Shown here in pieces: positions 47,524-58,850 of a DNA stretch of 64,000 bases. Under the pieces are notes generated by a model, which worked only from the letters and a program-made list of their open reading frames with translations, searched no databases and was not told the origin of the DNA. The position numbers and the translations under genes are program-made. Source of the DNA: Azolla caroliniana (lineage: Eukaryota; Plantae; Polypodiophyta); contig JBHGNT010000008.1 in NCBI GenBank assembly GCA_043228905.1, positions 12,524,001 to 12,588,000 of the forward strand, written 5' to 3'. Numbering within the stretch: the first letter of the stretch is position 1; each line of letters opens with the position of its first letter.

Positions 47524-49072
47524 CCCCCCCCCTACTATGTATCTCCATTTTCTGTGTTTACCTAAATGTTGCATTCCAGATAACTGACTGTGTACTCGGT
47601 ATTTCGCATAAGCTTCCGCATGTATTCTTTTACATGGTGTCAGAACGCAAGGGTTAGAAGAATCCTCTGTTGCCGATAAAGAGAATAAGACAGAGACAAG
47701 CTTTCGTTTTTTTGGGAAAGAAAAAACAGGAACATGGACAAAGGTATGGGAAGCTCACTTCCGACAAAAAAGCTCGATAGGAGCAACTACGCATCTTGGT
47801 TGTACAAGATGCACCAGTATCTACTCGGTCATGGATACTAGAGTTACGTGGAAGGAGTGAATGATGCAACATTGAATGCGACACATAGGGACTTTCCGGC
47901 CTGGGAATAGGCAACAAGCAGAGTAATGTATTGCTTCACGTCTAGTGTCGGAGACTAGCTACTGAGCTACATCTAGGACGCCAAGACACCAAAGGATGCG
48001 TGGGCAAACCTCAAATGGGTTTTTGCCACTAGCACAACGGACAGGAAGTTGCAGTTTAGGTAAGAGCTCAACAATGTCTGACAGAAAGATTTGTCTGTAG
48101 TCGATTATACAGCCCGGATCAAGGAGATCTGCGACTTGCTCGCCTCCATTAACGTAACCGTTGAGGAGGATGAAATGGTGCAAGTTTGCCTCGATGGGTT
48201 AGCGTCTAGATTTGGATAATTCCGAATAGCTATCTGCACGAGGGAGAATACGCGTTCGTTTTTCGAGCTATAATCGATGTTGCTCGTTGAAGAGAACCAC
48301 ACGGGTGCGTCAACGAGCATCCACATCATCAACAAGATGTTGTACACGGAGGCGGATAGGCTCCGAGTTCATGGCGGACAAGGCAAATCAACACGCAATG
48401 GAGGCGACCGACAGGAACAGAACCAGAGCCATAATAGAAATGCCGACAACAATTCCACACCCTCCACGAGCAGGGGGAGTCAAGGTAATGTTGGAAGCCG
48501 GCAAGGGAAGGCCACGATGGACTGTCGGTACTATGGCCAGAAGGGCTGTAGAGAGAGCGAGTGCTGGAAAAAGCGCGGCAATTCAAATCGAACAGAGGTG
48601 ATGCAGATAGATGTCAAAGGTTGCACTACGCCGAAGGCTCAAGGTGAGCCGAAACGGGCACAACTTTCATAATGAAGCACAAAGCCAACTCGATGGGGGC
48701 AACCACCTCGAAGTCGAATGAGGTGTGATATGTGGATTTTGAGGCTTCCAACCACATGAAGAACCATGAAGAATGATTCTCCTATCTAGAGAAGCCGGAA
48801 TAGCCGGGGGTCATCGAAACCGGTGGTGATACCCCTCATCCCATTGAACATATCGAAGACATCCCGCTGAACCATGTCAGCCAAAGAGGGATTATGAGAA
48901 AATGTCTTTCATGTGCTGACAATCACCAAGAACTTGGTGTCGATCAGACAAATTGTTGACCAAGGCATGCAAGTTTGATTTACTCACCTCGGATACTTCA
49001 TCGAAGAGGAAGGCAAGGTCATAGCACAAGGGCGCCGAGAAGGGAGGATGTTTATCCTTGAGAGGAATGACG
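47403..49072 (+). mobile_element. Truncated Copia (LTR 3' part, PBS, degenerate gag-PR), related to the 34477 element
   Basis: LTR ends GTATTCTTTTACA at 47634; PBS TGGTGTCAGAAC; gag KLDRSNYASW, CRYYGQKG, ASNHM. Confidence 0.8.
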
Positions 49073-50992
49073 TGTTGGGAATTCGGTCCTTCTGGATGGG
49101 ATCCAAATGAGAACCGGAGGAGCTGGATCGGACGATGCTAAAGGAAGGAACCGAACTAGACAGATCCGGTGTGAACCGGATGCAAGGACATATCTATAAA
49201 TATGTTTCTAGTGTGCTTGTCATGGCAATATTTGTAAATAGTCCTAAAGTCATATATAAGTTTAAATATGACTTAGGTCAATCACTTTAGTGTGTGCATA
49301 GAGATATTGTTGTCGAGACACAAAGAGAGCATGAGATATAGAAAGCTTTTCTATTGTAACCGTTGGAGTCTCATTCTGTTGTACCCCTCTCTATAGTGAT
49401 TCTGTTTGGAGTCTGTGGGCTCCTGTGGTTTTTCCCGATTAGGGTTTTCCATGTAAACATCTAATGTCGTCTCATCTTGCGTAACTGCACTAATCGTCTT
49501 ATTTCTATTTTCGTGTTTTTTTGGTGAGTTTAAGACTCAGTTGTAGCTGATCACTATTTCCTCACAATCTAGTATCAGAGCGAAGTTGAAAACTTCAAAC
49601 AAAGAAAGAAAAATGGAAGAGTCATAAAGAAGCATGTTCAAGTTCACCAACTCCAACTACCCAATGTGGAAGTCGAAGATGAGGGACATGCTCATGGTCA
49701 AAGATCTCTGGCTTCTGGTACAGTTTGGAGACAAGAAGCCAGACAAGATCGATGTTGCGACTTGGGAGGTGATGCATATGAAGATGACGACATACATAAG
49801 ATGCTTCATCGACATGAGCCTATACAATAACTTCAATGAACAGAAGAAGGCAAAAAAGGTCTTGGAGAAAATTGGTACCATGCTGGAGATACAACATCGT
49901 AGAGCACATGAATGCATTCCAGGGGCTCATAAATTAGAAAACCTTGTTGGAAGTACCCCTAGCCGATGAGGTACTCGCTCTCTACTGCTCGGTTCCCTCC
50001 CGGATAGTTGGGAGACGCTAGTTGTCACTTTGGGCAACGCCGGGCCTAAAGGAAAGCAGTTGTCCCTAGCAAGGGTAAAATCAAGCTTGTTGAATGAAGA
50101 AGCACGCCGGAAGGACCGGGAGTCCGGAACTGATCCGAAGGTCTTGGTCATAGAAGATGACCATAACCAGGGAAGAGGCCGTATTCGGAGTCCCCAAAAT
50201 TGGGACAAATCGGGGACGAGGTCGAAGTTAAGGGGAAGGCCTACTTGATTTTATTGCAAAAAGCCGGGGCACTTCTAGACGAATTGTCGACACTTCCGGA
50301 AAACAAAAGGGGGAGCCGACATTCCGGAACCGAAGAAGATTTTGGAAAGGAGAGGAACGTCGGCGATCATGACAAGTGAAGGAGAACAATTGCTAATCAC
50401 CGAGGAGAGTGAGTTGCTTTTTGTCATCAACGAAAAGACATGGGTGGTTGAATCCGGTGTGTCGTTCCATTTGACCCCCGACCGGAAGTGCTTCTCATCA
50501 TATAGAGCCGGAGATCACGGTTCTGTCCGAATGGGGAATGAAGGCGTGTGTCAAATTGTCGGCATAAGAGATGTGTGGTTGACGACATCAACCGGGTGCA
50601 AGTTGCTATTGAAGGATGTCCAACATGTTCCGGAGGTTCGGTTGAACTTGATATCAACCGATTGGCTAGATGATGAAGGGTACACGGGTAGCATCCGGAA
50701 GGGAGTCATGAAGTTCAGCAAAGGAAGCTTGATCGTGGCCCGAGCCTGGAAGATCAACACACTATATTTGATGCATGCCCAGATATGCCGGGAAGAAGTG
50801 AACGTGACATCTGACACTGCCAATGAGTTGTGGCACAAGAGGTTGTGTCATATGAGCTAGAAGGGGATGCAAAGACTTGCCAAGGACAACCTTATTTTGG
50901 AGATGAAAGACGTGCAACTTGAGAAGTGCACCGATTGCTTGGCCGGAAAGCAAAACCGAACCTCCTTCCGAACAAGACCACCGATGAGACGG
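49073..50992 (+). mobile_element. Older truncated Copia related to the 52081 element
   Basis: LTR 49073-49566, PBS TAGTATCAGAGC, gag/PR/GAG-pre-integrase (WVVESGVS, LWHKRLCHMS, CTDCLAGKQ) closely similar to the 52784 ORF. Confidence 0.85.
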
Positions 50993-52142
50993 ACTGGTAA
51001 AGACATGTCTGACTGGCGAAGTTCCACGCGGAGGCGGTCAATCTCAGACTTGGCTAAACTGTGTAGCTCTTTTTGCTTTTGCGGCGATGGCGGTTTGTGC
51101 TTTGACCTCCTCTCGTAAAGTCGTCGATGCGTCATCGCAGGATGTAAGTCCGGGGTTTTGCTGCGCCGTAGTTGTGGTGCGTTCTAATTCCACAATGCAC
51201 TCTTAGGCCTTTTGTAGTTGGGCTTGAGTCAGCTTGACTGTTTTCTCGACATTTTTATTTTTGATAGCCATATCTTTGGCTCCCATACTGATTGTGGCCA
51301 ACTCCATATGTACTTTGACGAGGGCCGTATTCAATGGGGGTAATTCAATGCCCATGTGGCGAATCCCTCTGTTCTACTGCTTGCCTATCTTGGCGAGGGG
51401 TCCCTCATCTTCGCTTTCCGCCATTCTCGTCAGCGCACACTCAATCATTTGCTATTCCGTGTGCTCCTCGACCATTCTCTAGGACACCTTGATCTGTTGT
51501 GTCACCAAAAATTCCATGAGTTCGTAAGTCGTCCCAAACTGTAACAAACTCATGGGCCGTATCCGGGATGTCTCGATACTTGAGGACTTCGCTTTCCGAT
51601 GTGAGCACTCCTTTGCTACACTGCGACTGAGCCGTAATGATCGGTTGTGGTTCCCAAATTATCTTCAATGTAGTTATGTGCTCCGTAGGGGCGGAAGCAT
51701 CGACTGGTGTGGCTGTGTTTTTTACCATCAGCAGCCATCCTTCCGATCTAATCTTCGCCGTGTCGGCCTAGGGCTTTCATGGTTCTATTCCGTTTCTTGC
51801 TCATTCGTTGTTGTTGGTGCTTCGACCATCCTTGCTGGTTGTTCCGATTGCATTGGTTTCTGTAAGGGGGATGTCGAAGTGTTTCTCCCAATTCACAGAT
51901 AGGTCCAATTTTTTCCAAATGGTGGCATTTGTCAGAGTGTCCACGTTGAGTATTTTGGTGATGTCGAGAGCATCAAGGTGTGCTGGTGCCTCGTCGACCC
52001 TGATGTACCCCTCAAAACCCTTTTCTAGGAGCCACATGCGTAAAGCTACAGAGATGGTGATCGGCATCGTGGGTGGAAGATGTTGGGATTTCGGTCCCTC
52101 CGGATGGGATGTCCGGAGATGAATGACGACAAGCCTGGTTAC

Positions 52143-52276
52143 GGCTACGGTGCCGGATGATGAAGACCCCGGCTACGGAGCCGGATGATGAAGACCCCGG
52201 CTACGGAGCCGGATGATGAAGACCCCGGCTACGGAGCCGGATGATGAAGACCCCGGCTACGGAGCCGGATGATGAA
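52143..52276 (+). repeat. 28-bp tandem repeat in 5' LTR (5 units, last partial)
   Basis: GGCTACGG(A/T)GCCGGATGATGAAGACCCC. Confidence 0.95.
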
Positions 52277-52783
52277 TGTACCCGGAGAGAGATCCGGATG
52301 CGGGGACATATTTGTGAATATGTTTGCCAAGGGTCCTTGAGGCCATATTTGTAAATAGCCCGAAAGTCATATGTGTATAAATATGACTTAGGGCAAACAG
52401 TTTAGTGTGCTGTTACTCATCTTTCTGATTTTCCACTTAGAGTGAGCTAAGTGAGCAGCCAAGAGAGAGAGAGAGAGAGAGAGAGAGACGAAGAGGTCGT
52501 TGCCTCTGTGTATTACCGCCGCCTGTGGCGAAGACAGTGAGCTCAAGGTTGTTGCCTTGTAGCTTCACCATTGTACATCTCTGTGTATAGTGATAGTTGG
52601 AGTTTGTGGACTCCCGTGGTTTTTCCCATTTAGGGTTTTCCACGTAAAACATCCAGTGTACTCTTCTCTCTACTGTCTTCGTGCATTTTGTATTTCCTGT
52701 TTTCTGCGAGTTGATCCTATTGCTCGGTTGTGGCCGAGCACCGTGTGCAACAAAGTGGTATCAGAGCGACGGCAGTGCAGAAA

Positions 52784-55700
52784 ATGGAAGGCGGCAGCAG
52801 CGGGCAGCCGGGAATGATGGTGCTGAATGCGCAGAATTACGCCGACTGGAAGATCAAGATGGAGGATCTTCTGATTGTTCGGGACCTGTACGAACCGATT
52901 GACAGGTCGGAAATACCGAAGGGGGTACTTGAGACGGAATGGAGGCTTCTGAACCGGAAAGCCGTTGCAACCATTCGGCAATACGTCGACGTGAGCGTTC
53001 TACAACATGTGGCGAACGACACCAACGCATATGAGATGTGGCGGAAGCTGTCGGGCCTCTACGAGAGGAAGAATGCGTTGAACCGGACCTCCCTGATGAG
53101 GAAGATAGTGAACCTCAAGTACCGGGACGGCGAGAGTATGGTGGAACACGTAAGCACGTTCATGGGATTCGTGAACCAGCTTGCGGCGATCAAGTTCCCG
53201 CTGGAGGATGCAATGCAAGCCATCATTCTGATGTGTACATTGCCGGAAAGTTGGGAGAACTTGGTGGTGACTCTCAGCACCTCCTGCACCGAAGATAACT
53301 TGTCTCTACAATCGGTAAAGACAAGTATTTTGAACGAAGAAGCGCGTCGGAGAGATAAAGAACCGGCCTCCGACTCGAAGGCGCTGCTTACCGAATCGGA
53401 ACGGGGAAGACAATGGAACCGGAGTCCGCAAAGACGGGAGAAGTCGGGGACCCGGTCGCAGTCAAGAGGAAGACCCACATGCTTCCACTGTGGGAAGCCG
53501 GGGCACTTCCGGAAGAATTGTCGGCATTGCCGAAAAGACAACGGAGCCGACGACACCGATTCGAAGAAGTCACCGGAGCGAAACGGTGCATACCGGGGAG
53601 CCACGGACCGGAGAGGTCCGGATCGGCGAGGGCAGGACCGGAAAGGAACGACGGCACTCGCGGCAAGTGATGAAGAGATAATGCTCATTACCGAAGAGAA
53701 GGAGCTGAACCTTGCCGGTGAAGAGATGACCTGGGTGGTCGATTCCGGAGCGTCGTTCCACCTGACCCCGGAGAAGAAATACTTCTCATCCTACACAGCC
53801 GGTGAGCACGGCTGTGTCCGGATGGGAAATGAAGGTACATGCGGGATTGCCGGCATAGGAGACGTGTGGCTGATGACATCAACCGGATGCAAGATGCTGC
53901 TGAAGAATGTCCGACATGTTCCGGAGGTTCGATTGAACCTGATTTCGGCCGGGAGGCTAGACGATGAAGGCTACACGGGTAGCATCCGGAACGGTGTCAT
54001 GAAGTTCAGCAAAGGGAGCCTGATAGTGGCTCGGGCCCGGAAAATCAACACGTTGTACCTGATGAATGCCCGGTTATGTCCGGAAGAGCTGAACGTGGCA
54101 GCCGACACTGCCGGTGAGCTGTGGCACAAGAGACTGTGCCACATGAGTGAGAAGGGGATGAAGAGGCTTGCAGAAGACAACCTCATTCCAGTGAAGCATG
54201 TGCACCTGGAGAAGTGCACCGATTGCCTGGCCGGTAAGCAGAACCGAACCTCCTTCCACTCAAGGCCACCGACGAGACGTAGCGCACCATTGGAGCTGGT
54301 GCACACTGATGTGTGTCAAGTAGAAACGAAGTCACATGGCGGAGCCCAGTACTTCGTAACATTCATAGATGACCATAGCCGGAAGCTGTGGACGGCACCG
54401 TTGAAGACAAAGGACCAAGTATTGTCCGTCTTCAAAGAACTCCACGCGAGAGTGGAAAGAGAATCCGGTAAGAAGCTGAAAGCGATACGAGCGGATAACG
54501 GAGGGGAATACCGGGGGCAGTTCGCAGAGTACTGTCGCTCGAAGGGAATCCGGCTCGAGTTTACAGTGCCGAAGACGCCGGAACTGAACGGGCTGGCCGA
54601 GAGGATGAACCGGACCATAATGGAGAGGGTCCGGAGTATGCTGGCGCATGCGAAACTACCCAAGGGGTTTTGGGCTGAGGCAATGTCGACGGCGACATAC
54701 GTGATAAACAGATCACCCTCAGTACCTTTGGACGGAGACACGCCGCAGAGAGTGTGGACCGGTAGGGAAGTATCTTATCGGCATCTGAAGGTGTTCGGGT
54801 GTCTCGCATACGTGCATGTGGCAAAGGACCGGAGAGGAAAGTTAGATCCAAAGACCCGGCCATGCATATTCCTCGGTTACGGCGACGACGAGTTCGGCTA
54901 CCGAGTATGGGACCCGGTCGACAAGAAGATATTCAGGAGTCGAGATATCATCTTCATGGAGGACAAGACACTCGCCGATTGGGAGTCGGAGAAGAAGATG
55001 AAGAGCTCCAAGTCGACCGGTGAGAATCAACTCTACGAGGAGCAGTCCCGACCGGCAAGGGACCGGTTAGCACTCGAGGATCCGGCCGAAGACGGGGAAG
55101 AAACAGAACCGGCCGAGGAAGATGAAACAGATACCGGAACCGGCCCCGATCCCGAAATGGATTCGGATGAAGAGGAAATGGAGGAGCCGGTTACCGAAGC
55201 TCCGGAACGGAGATATCCTCTAAGAGAGAGAAGGGCCCCCCGGAGATTTCCGGAACCAGAGCACGTGCTGCTAACCGACGAGGGGGAGCCAGAGAGCTTT
55301 GAAGAAGCGAAGCATGACACCCATAGCCGCAGGTGGCTAAGTGCCATGCAGGAGGAGATGGATTCCCTGCATGAGAACCACACATATGAACTTGTGGAGT
55401 TGCCGAAAGGAAAACGGGCACTCCGTAACAAGTGGGTGTTCAAGCTGAAACCGGGAGATGCCAGAAACCCCCCGAGATACAAAGCCAGGATCGTGGTGAA
55501 GGGGTTCCAGCAGAAGAAGGGCGTCGACTTCGACGAGATATTTGCCCCGGTAGTGAAGATGACCTCCATCCGGACGGTGCTGAGCATAGCGGCAAGCATG
55601 GACCTCGAGGTAGAACAGATGGACGTGAAGACGGCATTCCTTCACGGTGACCTCGAAGAAGAGATCTACATGCAGCAACCGGAAGGATTCGAGAAGAAAG

Positions 55701-56857
55701 GGAAGGAGCACTTGGTATGCCGGTTGAAGAAGAGCCTTTATGGTTTGAAGCAGGCTCCCCGGCAATGGTACCGAAAGTTTGACTCCTTCATGACCGATGA
55801 AGGGTACCACAAAACGCAATCCGACCACTGCGTGTTTGTGAAGAAGTTCGATGGAGGAGACTCTCTAATACTCCTCCTGTACGTGGACGACATGTTGATC
55901 GTCGGACGGGACCAGGTCAAGATACGGATGCTGAAGAAGGCTCTTCACCGAACCTTCTCAATGAAAGACCTGGGTCCGGCGAGGCAAATACTAGGGATGC
56001 ACATCATCCGGGACCGGAAGAAGAAGCAGTTGTGGCTGTCACAGGAGAAGTACGTGACAAAGGTGCTTCACCGATTCAACATGTCGGAAGCCAGACCGGT
56101 CGGGTCAACACTCCCGACAAACTGCAAGTTGTCCAGCAAGCAAAGTCCCAAGACAAAAGTTGAAAAGGAGGATATGATGAAGATACCATATGCCTCTGCC
56201 GTCGGGAGCTTGATGTACGCAATGGTGTGTACCCGACCGGACATTGGATACGCAGTCGGAGTGGTGAGTCGGTATATGAGTAATCCCGGCAAAGAGCACT
56301 GGAACGCGGTCAAGTGGATACTCCGATACCTGAAGGGCACGGCAAACGTGTGCCTCCGATTCGGCTCCGGTAAGCCCGAACTCGACGGCTTTACCGATTC
56401 GGATATGTCGGCTGACGCAGATACCAGCCGGTCCACATCAGGGTATGTGATGACGTATGCAGGGGGAGCTGTTTCGTGGCAGTCGAGGCTGCAGAAGACG
56501 GTTGCGTTGTCAACCACGGAGGCGGAGTACATGGCGGCTGTTGAAGCCGGCAAGGAAATAATATGGATGAAGGACTTCATTAGAGAGCTCGGTATCCGGC
56601 AGGAGGAGTACCGACTCTACTGCGACAGTCAGAGTGCCATCCACCTTGCGAAGAACGCGGCCTACCATTCCCGGACGAAACACATCCAGCGTAGATACCA
56701 CTGGATCCGGGAAAGGATAGAAGACAAGGAGTTCGTGCTGACGAAGATCCACACGGACGAGAACGGGTCGGATATGCTGACCAAGGTGCTCACACCCGAC
56801 AAGCTAGAAGCATGCCGGAAGAGGATAGGATTAGAGAGACATCCCATGCCGAAGTGA
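52784..56857 (+). CDS. Copia gag-pol polyprotein, 1357 aa, uninterrupted
   Basis: CFHCGKPGHFRKNC, WVVDSGAS, LWHKRLCH, VHTDV/RADNGGEY/GLAERMN, GKLD, YKARIV, LYVDD, STTEAEY, SDMLTK. Confidence 0.97.
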   Translation: MEGGSSGQPGMMVLNAQNYADWKIKMEDLLIVRDLYEPIDRSEIPKGVLETEWRLLNRKAVATIRQYVDVSVLQHVANDTNAYEMWRKLSGLYERKNALNRTSLMRKIVNLKYRDGESMVEHVSTFMGFVNQLAAIKFPLEDAMQAIILMCTLPESWENLVVTLSTSCTEDNLSLQSVKTSILNEEARRRDKEPASDSKALLTESERGRQWNRSPQRREKSGTRSQSRGRPTCFHCGKPGHFRKNCRHCRKDNGADDTDSKKSPERNGAYRGATDRRGPDRRGQDRKGTTALAASDEEIMLITEEKELNLAGEEMTWVVDSGASFHLTPEKKYFSSYTAGEHGCVRMGNEGTCGIAGIGDVWLMTSTGCKMLLKNVRHVPEVRLNLISAGRLDDEGYTGSIRNGVMKFSKGSLIVARARKINTLYLMNARLCPEELNVAADTAGELWHKRLCHMSEKGMKRLAEDNLIPVKHVHLEKCTDCLAGKQNRTSFHSRPPTRRSAPLELVHTDVCQVETKSHGGAQYFVTFIDDHSRKLWTAPLKTKDQVLSVFKELHARVERESGKKLKAIRADNGGEYRGQFAEYCRSKGIRLEFTVPKTPELNGLAERMNRTIMERVRSMLAHAKLPKGFWAEAMSTATYVINRSPSVPLDGDTPQRVWTGREVSYRHLKVFGCLAYVHVAKDRRGKLDPKTRPCIFLGYGDDEFGYRVWDPVDKKIFRSRDIIFMEDKTLADWESEKKMKSSKSTGENQLYEEQSRPARDRLALEDPAEDGEETEPAEEDETDTGTGPDPEMDSDEEEMEEPVTEAPERRYPLRERRAPRRFPEPEHVLLTDEGEPESFEEAKHDTHSRRWLSAMQEEMDSLHENHTYELVELPKGKRALRNKWVFKLKPGDARNPPRYKARIVVKGFQQKKGVDFDEIFAPVVKMTSIRTVLSIAASMDLEVEQMDVKTAFLHGDLEEEIYMQQPEGFEKKGKEHLVCRLKKSLYGLKQAPRQWYRKFDSFMTDEGYHKTQSDHCVFVKKFDGGDSLILLLYVDDMLIVGRDQVKIRMLKKALHRTFSMKDLGPARQILGMHIIRDRKKKQLWLSQEKYVTKVLHRFNMSEARPVGSTLPTNCKLSSKQSPKTKVEKEDMMKIPYASAVGSLMYAMVCTRPDIGYAVGVVSRYMSNPGKEHWNAVKWILRYLKGTANVCLRFGSGKPELDGFTDSDMSADADTSRSTSGYVMTYAGGAVSWQSRLQKTVALSTTEAEYMAAVEAGKEIIWMKDFIRELGIRQEEYRLYCDSQSAIHLAKNAAYHSRTKHIQRRYHWIRERIEDKEFVLTKIHTDENGSDMLTKVLTPDKLEACRKRIGLERHPMPK

Positions 56858-56929
56858 AGGGGGAGTTTGTTGGGATTTCGGTCCCTCCGGATGGGATGTC
56901 CGGAGATGAATGACGGCAAGCCTGGTTAC

Positions 56930-57091
56930 GGCTACGGTGCCGGATGATGAAGACCCCGGCTACGGTGCCGGATGATGAAGACCCCGGCTACGGAGCCGGA
57001 TGATGAAGACCCCGGCTACGGAGCCGGATGATGAAGACCCCGGCTACGGAGCCGGATGATGAAGACTCCGGCTACGGAGCCGGATGATGAA
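56930..57091 (+). repeat. 28-bp tandem repeat in 3' LTR (6 units, last partial)
   Basis: Same unit as in the 5' LTR with one additional copy. Confidence 0.95.
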
Positions 57092-57273
57092 TGTACCCGG
57101 AGAGAGATCCGGATGCGGGGACATATTTGTGAATATGTTTGCCAAGGGTCCTTGAGGCCATATTTGTAAATAGCCCGAAAGTCATATGTGTATAAATATG
57201 ACTTAGGGCAAACAGTTTAGTGTGCTGTTACTCATCTTTCTGATTTTCCACTTAGAGTGAGCTAAGTGAGCAG

Positions 57274-57306
<33 letters not shown>

Positions 57307-58111
57307 GAAGAGGTCGTTGCCTCTGTGTATTACCGCCGCCTGTGGCGAAGACAGTGAGCTCAAGGTTGTTGCCTTGTAGCTTCACCATTGTACATCTCTG
57401 TGTATAGTGATAGTTGGAGTTTGTGGACTCCCGTGGTTTTTCCCATTTAGGGTTTTCCACGTAAAACATCCAGTGTACTCTTCTCTCTACTGTCTTCGTG
57501 CATTTTGTATTTCCTGTTTTCTGCGAGTTGATCCTATTGCTCGGTTGTGGCCGAGCACCGTGTGCAACAAAGAGAAGAGGCTCGTGTAGAATAGGTGAAG
57601 CTCTCAAATTGCAGTGAGTGGGGACTTCTGTGGTATGGTGGGGAACGAGGAGAGTGAGGAGGGCGAGGATAGTTAGTCCTTTTTCTGTAGTGTGCAAAAA
57701 ACCTTCTTTTTCCCTCTTTTTGTGTTCTAGGGTTCATTGGCTTGTGTGACATCGTGGTGCCGCGTGTGCTTGATCTTAGAGTTTGTGCATGCATAAACAC
57801 CTTTTAATAGTCGTGACTATCTTCTTTTTTTTTTTAAACGGTAAAGTACAATATTATTGTTACATTTTATTACAAGTGGGTCCCGACTACTGATTAGTGT
57901 CGGGACCCCTCTGACGTGTCAGTTATGACGTGAAATAGGTTTGGGGGCGTAGGTCCCAGATAAGGTTTTAATCGGAACCCATTCACTTTTTGCCGAAGTA
58001 TAACTCCAACGAGGGTACCCAATTGGAAGGTGCCATTTTCTGCTCCAACTATTCGGTACGGCCCTATCCAACGGAATCGTAACTTACCTGGCATTTGACC
58101 CATATGTGTTT

Positions 58112-58462
58112 TGTTGAGAGACAAGCTCAACATCGGCTGAAGAAGCCGAGGACCGGATCGGTTGGGACCGATCGGTTAGGCCGAATGTGTAAACCGGTAC
58201 GCAGACCGGTGCGTAGGTAGGGCCAGATCGGTGCGTAAACCGGGAGGCCATTAGGAAAGATATTCCGTGAGGAATATATTTGGGAGTTAGTGTAGGAGCT
58301 CTTAATGAGCATTGAAGTACTGTCAGTACTTCTGTCAGTCCTTCTAGGACTTGTATAAAAGTGTTCATTGAACACACAAATGTATAGAGTGGTGAATAGA
58401 GATTGAGTATTTTTTGTTGAATATAGTTCGTGGGAGTTATGTCGAAGGAGCTAATGACGCGG
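58112..58462 (+). mobile_element. Partial LTR of the 34477-type Copia family
   Basis: TGTTGAGAGACAAGCTCAAC start; GAGCATTGAAGTAC...CAGTCCTTC.AGGACTTGTATAAA shared with 39080-39530. Confidence 0.75.
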
Positions 58463-58634
58463 TGTTGTGAAGTACGAAAGCTTCACATTAAAAGTCTACA
58501 ATAAGATAAATACGTAACTAAAATAACATTTGATCATGTTTTATATATAAAGATAATATTAACAACACATATGATAATATTATATATATGTAAAGAAAAA
58601 TAATATATATATATAGATAAATATATTATATTAC

Positions 58635-58850
58635 ACGAACAAGAGAGGACTTGAACCAATAACCCCACCCTATGACTCTCAAATCTTACCATTTACTCTA
58701 TACTAGTAATATACATAAAGTAAAGCATACTTTATATTACATAAAGGATTTGCTTCATGATATAAAAATAAAGTTGTATGTTTTAGTATTTTGAGATTTG
58801 AACCGACAACCTCATACATCAAAGTCAACACACCTACCATTAGGCTAGGC
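58635..58850 (-). promoter_or_regulatory. Two tandem tRNA-like Pol III A/B-box modules inside LTR
   Basis: Module 1: A TAGCCTAATGG (58847-58837), B GGTTCAAATC (58804-58795). Module 2: A TAGAGTAAATGG (58700-58689), B GGTTCAAGTCC (58657-58647). T-runs downstream of each. Confidence 0.6.

Larger units (their letters stand above)
52081..57569 (+). mobile_element. Young intact Ty1/Copia (Tnt1/Tork-like) LTR retrotransposon
   Basis: LTRs 52081-52752 and 56868-57569 nearly identical with TGTTG...CAACA ends. PBS TGGTATCAGAGC (52756, tRNA-iMet), PPT GAAGGGGGAG, TSD AAGA. Confidence 0.97.
50993..58111 (-). mobile_element. Gypsy 3' fragment (integrase tail plus extra ORF) of the 2003-11694 family, split by the young Copia
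   Basis: 57894-58110 encodes GQMPGKLRFRWIGPY...NGFRLKPY. 57570-57880 and 50993-52080 align to ~5010-5370 and ~3520-5010. Confidence 0.85.

Noticed and set aside
52150-52170. ATGATGA as snoRNA box C or hammerhead ribozyme core
   Set aside because: No box D partner and no CUGANGA/GAAA core with stems.
52143-52276. 28-bp palindromic repeats resembling a CRISPR array
   Set aside because: No unique spacers and no cas genes; it is a head-to-tail VNTR inside a eukaryotic LTR.
53059-56919. Many antisense or alternate-frame ORFs over the Copia polyprotein
   Set aside because: Expected shadows of a GC-rich coding strand; no recognisable motifs.
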